DNA from: Nanobdellota archaeon
Lineage (GTDB): Archaea > Aenigmatarchaeota > Aenigmatarchaeia > QMZP01
DNA: 64,000 nucleotides
Reading direction: 5' to 3'
Assembly: GCA_018816245.1 (NCBI GenBank)
Contig: JAHIVW010000006.1
Coordinates: 1,647-65,646 of the forward strand
The number at the start of each line of letters is the position of its first letter. Within the stretch, counting starts at the first letter, position 1. The notes under the pieces were generated by a model. The model worked only from the letters and a program-made list of their open reading frames with translations. It searched no databases and was not told where the DNA came from. The position numbers and the translations under genes are program-made. Shown piece after piece: positions 16,674 through 25,392 of this stretch.

Positions 16674-17693
16674 TTAGAAGGGGAACAAAGAACCCGGATC
16701 CTTGTTGCCAGAGACTTGAATCTGGGTCACGGCATCGACATAATATCGGTAATCAAGCTCAACCTTCAGAATCCGCTCTTCTTGAATTATAGGTGGATTG
16801 GTTATAACAAGTTCACAAGTAATATCCGCATCCCGTCCTTGGAAGAGATCAACTGGAACAGAGAAACTACTACAATCATCACCAAAGCTGCTGTAGACAA
16901 ACTGCGTCCCGCTTGGCGGTTCGATCTTCACGGTCACCGGATGGGTTGCGGTGTCAAAGATTCCATACCCTCCTGCTCCACCGAAGGCAGTTTTCTGAAT
17001 AACATTTCCACCGCTGCTGTGGAGGAGGTTGGTGATCTTAATGTGGACCGGGAAGATGTCGTAGCTGTCACCAAAAATACCCACACCTGATGTTTTCTTG
17101 TAATCTTGCATGGTAATTTCAACAGCGAGCGGACCCTGTGTATACGTGGTAACTTTTGATGGAAGCGTTCCACCACGCTGTTTAATGTTTGTCAATTCCT
17201 CTGCATCAACAACGGTGATGGGTTTCTGAGCAACAGTCGCATAATCATAACTCACTCGAACCCGAGGAGTGTACGTATGTTGGAGACCTTTCGAGATTGA
17301 CGGGGCATGCAAATTCGTGAAGGTAGCTGATTCTATTTCTCCAGGGATATTGGTCACAGGATCATATGGAAGGAGGTCACCGAGCTGCTTTGAGGTGAAT
17401 GTTCCACCAAGCATCCCCCATTCACTCACATCAATTCCTGTCAACTCCGCAACAACATTGCGGGCACGAACCTCGCCCTGGTTCTGGACGCGAAGCTGGA
17501 ATCGAACCGATTCTCCGGAAAAGACATCATCAAAATCAGGAAGGAAATCAAGGATCGCCACTCCTGGGCCCGTTCCACCCGAGCTCTGTCCCCATCCCAA
17601 AAAATCAAGGCCAGTACAACCTGAGACACCGAGAACAACAACCACAGAAAGGAGCGCCACAAGGGGGCCCCTTGAGGGTGATAAAGATGCCAT
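16674..17693 (-). CDS. Secreted lipobox protein, CARDB/S-layer-domain-like, paralog 2 of 3
   Basis: The ORF extends to 17750. ATG 17693 (MASLSPSRGPLVALLSVVVVLGVSGC|TG) sits 26 nt downstream of a TATA box. Blocks: FSGESVRFQLRVQNQGEVRARNVVAEL, RVRVSYDYAT, QGPLAV, DDCSS...ITCELV, ELDYRYY. Confidence 0.75.
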   Translation of the reverse strand: MASLSPSRGPLVALLSVVVVLGVSGCTGLDFLGWGQSSGGTGPGVAILDFLPDFDDVFSGESVRFQLRVQNQGEVRARNVVAELTGIDVSEWGMLGGTFTSKQLGDLLPYDPVTNIPGEIESATFTNLHAPSISKGLQHTYTPRVRVSYDYATVAQKPITVVDAEELTNIKQRGGTLPSKVTTYTQGPLAVEITMQDYKKTSGVGIFGDSYDIFPVHIKITNLLHSSGGNVIQKTAFGGAGGYGIFDTATHPVTVKIEPPSGTQFVYSSFGDDCSSFSVPVDLFQGRDADITCELVITNPPIIQEERILKVELDYRYYVDAVTQIQVSGNKDPGSLFPF

Positions 17694-17718
17694 ACTTCCT
17701 CTGTATTGGTGGCGATGG

Positions 17719-17726
17719 TTTAAAAG
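17719..17726 (-). promoter_or_regulatory. TATA box (CTTTTAAA on minus strand) for paralog 2
   Basis: 26 nt upstream of ATG 17693, between the paralog 3 stop (17734) and the paralog 2 start. Confidence 0.45.
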
Positions 17727-17733
17727 ACTTTCA

Positions 17734-18756
17734 CTAAGGTGTGTTATCAAAATCGATCGGGGGTTCTACGGTCACTGTGACAGAATCACGGAACTCGTAG
17801 CGATAGTCAACAGTCACTTGGACTTGGAAGGTTGACTCCTTTGAAACAGACCCGAGCATGCTCGCTGACCCCAAGGTGAGCTCGCAAGGGAGGGTTGTGC
17901 TCTTCCCTTTAATGAGCTTGATATGGTCCTCTGTTTCTGCTTTGCAGTTCGACGTCGTTAACTGTCCAGGATCAATCTCAACTGACCGAATATACGGCCC
18001 TGTCTCATCATCGCTCCCGAAATCTGACCCCGGGTTTACGAGGAAGCCGTTTCCTGTGTTTTCAATAATAAGACTGGATTGAACCTTTGTCTCACCTGTT
18101 GTGGAAATTGGAATCGGTTGTTTGTCCTTGATCTCAAGGTACCCTTTGATAGGGCCTTCCCCAACAGAGACAAATGACTTATCAGAGGGCAATTTTCCCT
18201 CGTCAAGCAGCCGCTGGTATTCATCTGGATCAATGAAGTGGAGTGTTGTCAGACTATTTGTGACATAATCATACTCAACCGCAACCTTGAGGTCACACTC
18301 GGTGATCAACTTGACGTCTTGTCGTGGTGTCAGCGTCCAATCCACTTCGACAATTTCCTGTGGAAGCAGCTCACCGATCTGGCATCCCTTTGTATCACCA
18401 AACCCTGTTGCTCCTCCAAACTTATCAGGACAATCCACGACAATGTCCGTGAAGAGATCTGAACAATGATCGAATAATTCAACAGTGATGTCGCCGCTTC
18501 CCATTCCTCCATACACTGTTTGTGGCATCCGTGAACTCCCCCTATTTTCTACGTACGCGACGACCCGTATTTTTTGTGATGGACTAATGGTATCCGGGAG
18601 TGCCGTGAGATCACGGATCACCAACACATCACTCTCGAGTTGGACATCCGGGCCAGTACCAAACAAGGAATCGAGCCAGGGAATAGAAGTCGTGCAACCA
18701 GAGATTGTCATAATTGCACATACTAAAAGAAGCAGAATGGGACGCGAAATCACCAT
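17734..18756 (-). CDS. Secreted lipobox protein, CARDB/S-layer-domain-like, paralog 3 of 3
   Basis: The ORF extends to 18852. ATG 18756 (MVISRPILLLLVCAIMTISGC|TT) is 24 nt from a minus-strand TATA box. Blocks: KIRVVAYVENRGS, KVAVEYDYVT, EGPIKG, SNCK...LPCELT, TVDYRYE. Confidence 0.72.
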   Translation of the reverse strand: MVISRPILLLLVCAIMTISGCTTSIPWLDSLFGTGPDVQLESDVLVIRDLTALPDTISPSQKIRVVAYVENRGSSRMPQTVYGGMGSGDITVELFDHCSDLFTDIVVDCPDKFGGATGFGDTKGCQIGELLPQEIVEVDWTLTPRQDVKLITECDLKVAVEYDYVTNSLTTLHFIDPDEYQRLLDEGKLPSDKSFVSVGEGPIKGYLEIKDKQPIPISTTGETKVQSSLIIENTGNGFLVNPGSDFGSDDETGPYIRSVEIDPGQLTTSNCKAETEDHIKLIKGKSTTLPCELTLGSASMLGSVSKESTFQVQVTVDYRYEFRDSVTVTVEPPIDFDNTP

Positions 18757-18761
18757 AGCAT

Positions 18762-18772
18762 TTCTTATTATG
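18762..18772 (+). promoter_or_regulatory. TATA-like box for the pilin-like gene 18795
   Basis: TTCTTATTATG ends about 23 nt upstream of ATG 18795. It is interleaved with the divergent promoter of paralog 3. Confidence 0.35.
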
Positions 18773-18779
18773 TAAGATA

Positions 18780-18789
18780 ACATAAATAG
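18780..18789 (-). promoter_or_regulatory. TATA-like box (CTATTTATGT on minus strand) for paralog 3
   Basis: 24 nt upstream of ATG 18756. Confidence 0.35.
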
Positions 18790-18794
18790 AACCC

Positions 18795-19304
18795 ATGCGG
18801 ACCGGTCAGCTTGTCTTCGAATTCCTCGTTGCCGCGGTCCTCTTTTTCGCAATTGTGATTTACATCCTTACTGCACTCGGTTCTGCGGTAGTCACCGCGA
18901 GCGAGCAGTCCCAGTTCGATGTGAGAAACGCGAATGCCATCGCCATCGGCGAGCTGCTTATGAAGCAGCGGGGGAGTTTCCCGAAAGCACCACCACTCGC
19001 CATGGGAACAGACTACCTCGGCCTCGCTGCCGCAAGCGGCTATCCGACCCTTGATCCCAATCTCATCAGTGACCTTGACGATCTCTGCGGAACCGCGAAT
19101 CCTGCGGACCTGTACGATTTTCTCAACCTCCATGACAAACCATTCGGGAACTACCACTACAATATTACCCTCTCAATCGAAGGAGAAACCCTCCCTCGTC
19201 TCAAGTGTGGAGAACAGCCTCTCGAGACCGTTCAAGGGACCGCTCACCGCCTGGGACGCCTTCCAACAGGAGAGCTCGTGATCCTCGATATCGCTGTCTG
19301 GTAA
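18795..19304 (+). CDS. Class III (type IV pilin-like) signal-peptide protein
   Basis: 169 aa. MRTG|QLVFEFLVAAVLFFAIVIYILTAL has a short basic leader, Gly at -1, Gln at +1, Glu at +5, then a hydrophobic helix. It resembles the QxSxExxxL (DUF361-type) archaeal minor pilin N-terminus. Confidence 0.62.
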   Translation: MRTGQLVFEFLVAAVLFFAIVIYILTALGSAVVTASEQSQFDVRNANAIAIGELLMKQRGSFPKAPPLAMGTDYLGLAAASGYPTLDPNLISDLDDLCGTANPADLYDFLNLHDKPFGNYHYNITLSIEGETLPRLKCGEQPLETVQGTAHRLGRLPTGELVILDIAVW

Positions 19305-19404
19305 TGGAAAAAAGGCCCATTCTTCCTTGGGCACATTTATATACCCAAGGAGTAATGTTCGTAAACTTTGCAATTCTTTCCGGCCCAATAGCTTAGTGAT
19401 ACGT

Positions 19405-19914
19405 ATGGCAGACTCCCTTCGCGCAACGGTCATGTACGTGGTCCTTGGGGTAGTACTCGCATTTGCAATCAATCAGGGACTTGCAACCGCCATGATGACT
19501 GACAAACCAATCGTTGCTGTTGAGTCGAACTCCATGGCAGGAAACAGGCCGGATTCCTTCAGCCGGGGTGATATCCTATTCCTTCAAGGACAGGAACAAT
19601 ACAAGGTTGATGATATCATCGTCTACTCGGTCCCCCAACAAAGCACTCCAATCGTCCATCGGATAATCAAGATCAACCAGGACGGCACCTATCAAACGAA
19701 AGGTGATGCAAATGCTGGGCAACTCCCTTTTGAAACCAGCGTCAAATTAGAATGGATTCATGGAAAAGTTGTCTTCATTGTTCCCTACCTCGGCTTTGTA
19801 AAAATTACGGTCACTGAATATATCATCCCGAATGCCGTTGTCATTATTGGCGCGATCATAGCTCTCGTGATCGCAACATTCGGCATCGAACGATTCGTTG
19901 GGAGAAAGGAATAG
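19405..19914 (+). CDS. Signal peptidase I, archaeal/eukaryotic Sec11 type (S26B)
   Basis: VESNSMAGN (catalytic Ser), RGDILFL, PIVHRII (His), TKGDANAGQ. The ORF track starts at 19327. ATG 19405 (MADSLRATVMYVVLGVVLAF) gives the usual single N-terminal TM. The start is uncertain. Confidence 0.85.
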   Translation: MADSLRATVMYVVLGVVLAFAINQGLATAMMTDKPIVAVESNSMAGNRPDSFSRGDILFLQGQEQYKVDDIIVYSVPQQSTPIVHRIIKINQDGTYQTKGDANAGQLPFETSVKLEWIHGKVVFIVPYLGFVKITVTEYIIPNAVVIIGAIIALVIATFGIERFVGRKE

Positions 19915-19922
19915 GAGGCGTT

Positions 19923-20249
19923 ATGGAATTTTGCGATAAGTGTGGAACGGTTCTCGTATCCAAGGAAGAAAAAGGAAAAACAGCATTGATTTGTCGGAAA
20001 TGTAACAGGAAACTCAAGGAATACAAACCTCTTGAAATAGCAGAAAACATGAAGAAACGACCGATTGAATCTGACGTTATTATCATCGAAAAGAATGCTG
20101 AGACGCTCCCGAAAACCAAAACCGACTGCCCAAAATGCGAAAACAACGAGGCGGTTTGGTGGATCCAACAAACACGATCAGCTGATGAAGCGCCGACTCT
20201 CTTTCTCCGGTGCACGAAATGTAGGCACAGCTGGCGTGAGTACGGGTAG
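19923..20249 (+). CDS. tfs: Transcription factor S (TFS / RpoM-like)
   Basis: 108 aa. The N-terminal Zn ribbon is CDKCG...CRKC. The C-terminal TFIIS-type ribbon is CPKCENNEAVWWIQQTRSADEAPTLFLRCTKCRHSW, with the acidic DE loop. GGAGG lies 6 nt upstream. Confidence 0.9.
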   Translation: MEFCDKCGTVLVSKEEKGKTALICRKCNRKLKEYKPLEIAENMKKRPIESDVIIIEKNAETLPKTKTDCPKCENNEAVWWIQQTRSADEAPTLFLRCTKCRHSWREYG

Positions 20250-20282
20250 CCGCTTAAAAAGATCAGGGTGTATGAGAGCGGT

Positions 20283-22841
20283 ATGGACCAGGATTCACCA
20301 CTGGAACAACTCGAACACAATCCTCGTGTTCACCGAATGCTTCGCCGTTCCTGGTTTCTCATCCCACTCCTATTGATCGTTCTTTTGGCGTTTTTTGTTC
20401 GAATTCCTCCAGCACAATATACTGATCTTCCAGATATCGATACATATTATTTCCTTCGTTTGAGCGAATACACAACATTACATAATGGACAGTTGCCTGA
20501 GATCGACACCTTTCGGAACTGGCCATACGGCGACCAACAATTCGATTTTCGACTCCCTATCTACTTACCGAGCTATCTCTATCTCTTCGTCAATGCCGTA
20601 CTCCCTATGACCTATTTCCGTTTTGCTTTCATCTATCCTGTCCTGATGGGCGTTGCGGCAATTTTTGTCGTTTTCTTCTTCGTCCGATGGCTCTTCAAAG
20701 ACGATCTTGCCGCGCTTATTGCTGCCTTCTTTACAGCAACCGTTCCGGCATTTATTACGAGAACGTCGGCTGGTATTATTGAAAAAGAAGCGACAACGGC
20801 ACCGTTCATGTTCGCTTCGTTAGCATTCTTTGTGCTTGCATATCGTTCAAAGAAACTTGTTTACGGCATCGCGGCAGCAATCATGACAGGTTTTTTTGCA
20901 AGTGGATGGGGAGGTATCGTCTTCTTTTATCTTCTTCTTTCGTTATTCGCTCTTGCTCTCTTAATTTTCGATAAAGATGAGGATAGACTCATGCGATCCT
21001 TTGTTCCAATGGTAGTCATTGGATTGATTTTACAAATCATCTTCACCCCGTTTACCATCTCTCTTGCAAGCCCGAATACCACAGTACCGATTCTTGTTTC
21101 CTCTCTTATCATTATCCTCTGGGGAATCAAACGTTTCTCGATCCTTCCTCCTGAAAAAACAAAGTTTGTTGTTCCTGGTTTACTTGTTCTTGGCATACTC
21201 GCTCTCAGTCTTGGTCAGCTTGTGAGCAATGATATCGCTTCTCTCGTTTCCAATATTTGGAAGCTCGCAACATTCGAAGGTACTATTACAACAACAGTTG
21301 CAGAAAGTATAGGAGGAGACTGGAACGCCTTAACGATACAAACAGGATCAGTATACGCAACACCACTTTTCCCCTTCCTTGAAGGTTGGAATCTCTTCAA
21401 CATCTTTGCAGTCTGGCTCCTTTTCATTGGCGGCTTTGCCCTCACCTTCTACCGACTCGCACCAAAGAAGAGTGTCGGTATTCCTGGATTTGTTGTCGGG
21501 ATTTTAGGGCTCGGTATTATCACGTCACAGACTGTAGGGACTGTCCGTCCCGAGCAAATTCTTGCTGGTCTTGCAATCATTGCCGCAGCAATGTTATACT
21601 GTATTTTCCGGAGTGGAAAAGAGGCAGACCGTCTCATGCTCTTCCCGCTCCTCTGGGCTGTATTCGGTATTGTTGGAACATACTTCGGCATCCGATTGAT
21701 CTATCTCGCAGGGCCTATCATGGCCATTCTCGCTGGCGTCTTCCTTGCAGCTGTCATCCGTCGTGCTGCCACACTCTCAACATTCAAGAATATCGAATGG
21801 ACCGCAACACTCTTCGCCGGGATTGGTGTTCTCCTTATTATTAGTTCTGTCTACCTGTGGACAACACTTCTAGTTCCGGCACTTTCCTTACTCGCAAGCG
21901 GTATTATTCTCGTTATTATTGGATTGTATAATCGTTTCCACATCGAGCCAACACAACATTTCTTCTCCCGACTTCGTGCATTTTTCCTCAGGAAACACCA
22001 ACCACGAAAAATCGACATTATTATGATTCCTCTTGTGATCTACCTTGTGTTTGCTGTTTCAATTAATAGTACCGTCGGCCTAGGATTCGGAAACGCACTT
22101 GGCCCTTCTATCAATCCAACCTTTAATGATGCATTCACATTTCTTCGAGAAGAAACACAACAAAACTCAAGCGTTCTTTCGTGGTGGGACTTTGGTTATT
22201 GGTTCCAGACCGTTGCCCGGCGACCCAGTATCGCTGATGGTGGTGGTGCGGGCGATACAAGCAGAAAGGATCTTGCACTCTGGTTCACTGCTCCTGTTGA
22301 TGAATGGGGGGAACGGGAAACGTTCCTGAAGGAAAAACTCCATGTCGATTACATTTTGATGGATCCAACGCTTCCGGCAAAGTACGGTGCAATTACGAAG
22401 ATTTCAACAGATGGCAAAGCAATCAGCGGATTTATTCAGTTCAATCCACAACCAACAAACACCTTTGTGCAAGACAATAAAACAATCGTTGAATTCAGTG
22501 CAGGACAGTTCCTGCTTTGGATCCCAACAGACGGTGGTGCACAAATAGTCGATACGCCCCTCCTCTTGCAACAACAAAATGGCCAGGTAATCGGTTCAGC
22601 CCCAATAAACGATCTTTGTTCGAACCAGGGCATCACGATCATTTCCGATGAACAATCATCAGCAGGGGGTTGTGTATCCTTTTCGTCCATCGGTATCTAC
22701 TACCTTCCTCCAGAAACAGAACACACCATTTTCTCCCGCTTAATGTTCATGGACGCCGCTGATCTCCCGGTCACAAAGGTATTTGACAACCAAGCAATTA
22801 AGATTTATCAAGTTCACTACGATGAAGAAGAAACCACTTAA
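20283..22841 (+). CDS. aglB: Dolichyl-(pyro)phosphate oligosaccharide:protein oligosaccharyltransferase AglB (STT3 family, GT-C)
   Basis: WWDFGYWF (the WWDYG motif), the N-terminal loop motif LPDIDTYYF, and about 13 TM segments followed by a soluble C-terminal domain. The ORF starts at 20268. ATG 20283 fits the TATA-like GCTTAAAAAG at about 20255. Confidence 0.9.
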   Translation: MDQDSPLEQLEHNPRVHRMLRRSWFLIPLLLIVLLAFFVRIPPAQYTDLPDIDTYYFLRLSEYTTLHNGQLPEIDTFRNWPYGDQQFDFRLPIYLPSYLYLFVNAVLPMTYFRFAFIYPVLMGVAAIFVVFFFVRWLFKDDLAALIAAFFTATVPAFITRTSAGIIEKEATTAPFMFASLAFFVLAYRSKKLVYGIAAAIMTGFFASGWGGIVFFYLLLSLFALALLIFDKDEDRLMRSFVPMVVIGLILQIIFTPFTISLASPNTTVPILVSSLIIILWGIKRFSILPPEKTKFVVPGLLVLGILALSLGQLVSNDIASLVSNIWKLATFEGTITTTVAESIGGDWNALTIQTGSVYATPLFPFLEGWNLFNIFAVWLLFIGGFALTFYRLAPKKSVGIPGFVVGILGLGIITSQTVGTVRPEQILAGLAIIAAAMLYCIFRSGKEADRLMLFPLLWAVFGIVGTYFGIRLIYLAGPIMAILAGVFLAAVIRRAATLSTFKNIEWTATLFAGIGVLLIISSVYLWTTLLVPALSLLASGIILVIIGLYNRFHIEPTQHFFSRLRAFFLRKHQPRKIDIIMIPLVIYLVFAVSINSTVGLGFGNALGPSINPTFNDAFTFLREETQQNSSVLSWWDFGYWFQTVARRPSIADGGGAGDTSRKDLALWFTAPVDEWGERETFLKEKLHVDYILMDPTLPAKYGAITKISTDGKAISGFIQFNPQPTNTFVQDNKTIVEFSAGQFLLWIPTDGGAQIVDTPLLLQQQNGQVIGSAPINDLCSNQGITIISDEQSSAGGCVSFSSIGIYYLPPETEHTIFSRLMFMDAADLPVTKVFDNQAIKIYQVHYDEEETT

Positions 22842-23824
22842 AATCCTGTTGTTGCAAAAAAGATTCCAAAGGGCTCAAATGCGAGTGCAAGCCCCAGCAA
22901 CCCAAAGAGAATACCGATACCCCAAAGGACCCAAACAATCTGCTTCTCTGAAAGCGGCGTAATCCGCTGAATCAAGAAGTACAACGTTTGTACATATGTT
23001 CTTTCTGGAGGAACAAGTTTCCCGTTCTCGATGGTTGCAAATTTCTGAATCGGTTTTCGACGAATAATTTCAGCAACTGTAATCGCTCCACTTAGAATTT
23101 GCGGACCAAGAACAAGAACAGCAAATGTTTCCAGGTTTCCAATGATAGCAGCGGTTGCAATTGCTGCACCAATTGTAAAGGTCCCCACATCACCGATAAA
23201 AATTCTGGCAGGATACCTGTTGTACCGAAGGAGACCGAGACTCGCACCAGTCAAAGCAAACATCAACACAGCGACCTCAGGTCGACCGGTAACCAATCCA
23301 ATGACACCAAGAAAAAAGGAAGCAATAACACCGAGACCTACTTCTAATCCGTTATACCCTGCCAGCATATTATACGCATTTGCTGCACCGGTAATGCCAA
23401 GCGGGATAAGAATAAGCGGGAAGAAGATTCCAAAATCAATGAGACCAAAAAAAGGAAGAACAAGGAAATGTTCTCCAGCAGAAAGCGCCATCAGCGGAAT
23501 CGCCGCAAATGCGGGAAGGAACGCTTTTGTTTTCTGCCGGATTCCGAAGAGGTCGTCACAAACACCGATAAATGCGGCAAGGAGGATAGTTAGGATACCA
23601 CCAAGGAGGAAGATGAGTTGATTGGTAATAAACGGAATAGAAACAAAGGCACCTGCAATAAAACCGAAAGCGAGGGGAATGCCCCCCATCTCTGGAACAG
23701 ACGGCCGATCGGCTTTATGGACATCGTGACCGACAAACCCGGCTTCTCGTAATTTCCTGATGAAAATAGGAGTGAGAATGATCGCAACAGCGAACGCGAC
23801 GAGAAACGAGAGAAACCATTCCAT
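22838..23824 (-). CDS. UDP-GlcNAc:dolichyl-phosphate GlcNAc-1-phosphate transferase-like enzyme (MraY/WecA/ALG7 family; AglH-like)
   Basis: 328 aa polytopic membrane protein. CDDLFGIRQKTK, GAANAYNMLAGYNGLEVG, IFIGDVGTFTIG. Confidence 0.88.
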   Translation of the reverse strand: MEWFLSFLVAFAVAIILTPIFIRKLREAGFVGHDVHKADRPSVPEMGGIPLAFGFIAGAFVSIPFITNQLIFLLGGILTILLAAFIGVCDDLFGIRQKTKAFLPAFAAIPLMALSAGEHFLVLPFFGLIDFGIFFPLILIPLGITGAANAYNMLAGYNGLEVGLGVIASFFLGVIGLVTGRPEVAVLMFALTGASLGLLRYNRYPARIFIGDVGTFTIGAAIATAAIIGNLETFAVLVLGPQILSGAITVAEIIRRKPIQKFATIENGKLVPPERTYVQTLYFLIQRITPLSEKQIVWVLWGIGILFGLLGLALAFEPFGIFFATTGF

Positions 23825-23834
23825 GTGACCACTT

Positions 23835-24422
23835 TCAACGCTTCAACAATTTGAAGGTATCGTCCGGAACAGTTGTTTTGCGTTTGCAGTTGCCGCATAT
23901 GATTGTCTGTTGTTCAAGGTTGGGAAAAGGACGACCACAACTGCAGACAAGACCAACCAATCGAGCAGGATTACCATGAACCATACCATGTGCGGGGACA
24001 TCTTTTGTGACAATGGCTCCAGCACCGACAAGTGCCCAAGTCCCGATTACCTTTCCCGGAAGAATGATCGCTCCAGCACCAATTGATGCCCCTTTTTCGA
24101 TATGCACAGTCCTGACAGTCCAATCAGCATCTATTTTCAATGAACCATCGGGATTGACAGCGCGGGGAAACCGGTCATTGCTGATGCAGGCATATGGACC
24201 GATAAACACCCCATCATCAACTATTGCACCATGAAACACAGAGGCATAATTCTGTATTTTTACATTCTTCCCGATACGGACGCCCCGATCGATATAGACA
24301 CCTTTACTGAGGATGCAGTTCTCTCCGATGTGGACACCTTCCCTAACATGAACATGATGCCAAATTTTTGTTCCCACACCAAGGACAACGTCAGGTGCAA
24401 CATCCGCACTTTCGTGTATCAT
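23835..24422 (-). CDS. Hexapeptide-repeat N-acetyltransferase (WbpD/WlbB-like) with C-terminal Cys4 ribbon
   Basis: 195 aa. Left-handed beta-helix repeats (IGENCILSKGVYIDRGVRIGKNVKIQNYASV...). The tail is CSCGRPFPNLEQQTIICGNC. Confidence 0.82.
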   Translation of the reverse strand: MIHESADVAPDVVLGVGTKIWHHVHVREGVHIGENCILSKGVYIDRGVRIGKNVKIQNYASVFHGAIVDDGVFIGPYACISNDRFPRAVNPDGSLKIDADWTVRTVHIEKGASIGAGAIILPGKVIGTWALVGAGAIVTKDVPAHGMVHGNPARLVGLVCSCGRPFPNLEQQTIICGNCKRKTTVPDDTFKLLKR

Positions 24423-24423
24423 C

Positions 24424-25392
24424 TTATCCTTCTCCTGTTGTTGCTTGAAGTGCTACCTCAAGTGCAGCGATACCTGCTTCGCCACCAACGAGGGGCTGCT
24501 TCTTTGTTCGAACACATTCAATGAAGTGTGCAAGTTCGAGCTTCAGTGGTTCCGCTGTCCGGACCACAACTTCCTCACGTTTTGGTGTTCCAAATTTGAC
24601 AACAAAATCACCAAACTCGTCGTAGGCCTTCTCATATATACTTTTGTAGACGACAAGCTGTTGTGTGATATAGTTCAGTTCTGCATATCCTTTCGTTCCA
24701 GTGACATTCAAGATACGAACTTTCACGGGGGTGATCCAATTTACTTCAATAAGACCCGTTGCATTTGCATACTTTAGAAGCATCCCCGCGTAATCTTCCT
24801 TGTTTTCCTGAAGTGCTTTCCCACCATATCCATGAACGCATATAGGCCGCGAATTCAATAGAAAGTTGAAAATATCAATATCATGAACGGCAAGATCAAT
24901 GACAACATTCGAATCTTTGATACGAGGAGGAAAAATACCAACGCGGCGAGAAATCAGTGATGTAATTTTTCCAAGTTTCCCGCTCACGATAAGGGCCTTC
25001 AGTTTCTGCACTCCTGGATTAAACCGTTCAATATGCCCTACCATAAGAAGCACACCACGTTCGTTTGCTGCCGCAACAACCTTTTTTGCTTGTTCGATTG
25101 TTGCTGTAATTGGTTTCTCGATAAGCAACGGGATCCCTGCAGCAATAACTTCCATTGCAACATCAAAATGAAACGACGTTGGTACACAAACAGAGACAGC
25201 ATCGACCCTTTCATGCTTCAGGAGCTCGGAAAGGGTTTCATAGGCCTTGCAAGAAAATGATTTTGCAGTTTCTTCTCTCATTTTTTTGGAAACATCGACA
25301 ACACCAACCAGATGAACACCTTCAAGTTCTGTATAGACACGGGCATGATTTCGTCCCATCATTCCTGTTCCAATCACCGCAACATTTATCAT
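24424..25392 (-). CDS. Gfo/Idh/MocA-family NAD-dependent oxidoreductase (WbpB/WlbA-like)
   Basis: 322 aa. The N-terminal Rossmann fold is INVAVIGTGMMGRNHARVY. EKPIT motif. Confidence 0.85.
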   Translation of the reverse strand: MINVAVIGTGMMGRNHARVYTELEGVHLVGVVDVSKKMREETAKSFSCKAYETLSELLKHERVDAVSVCVPTSFHFDVAMEVIAAGIPLLIEKPITATIEQAKKVVAAANERGVLLMVGHIERFNPGVQKLKALIVSGKLGKITSLISRRVGIFPPRIKDSNVVIDLAVHDIDIFNFLLNSRPICVHGYGGKALQENKEDYAGMLLKYANATGLIEVNWITPVKVRILNVTGTKGYAELNYITQQLVVYKSIYEKAYDEFGDFVVKFGTPKREEVVVRTAEPLKLELAHFIECVRTKKQPLVGGEAGIAALEVALQATTGEG

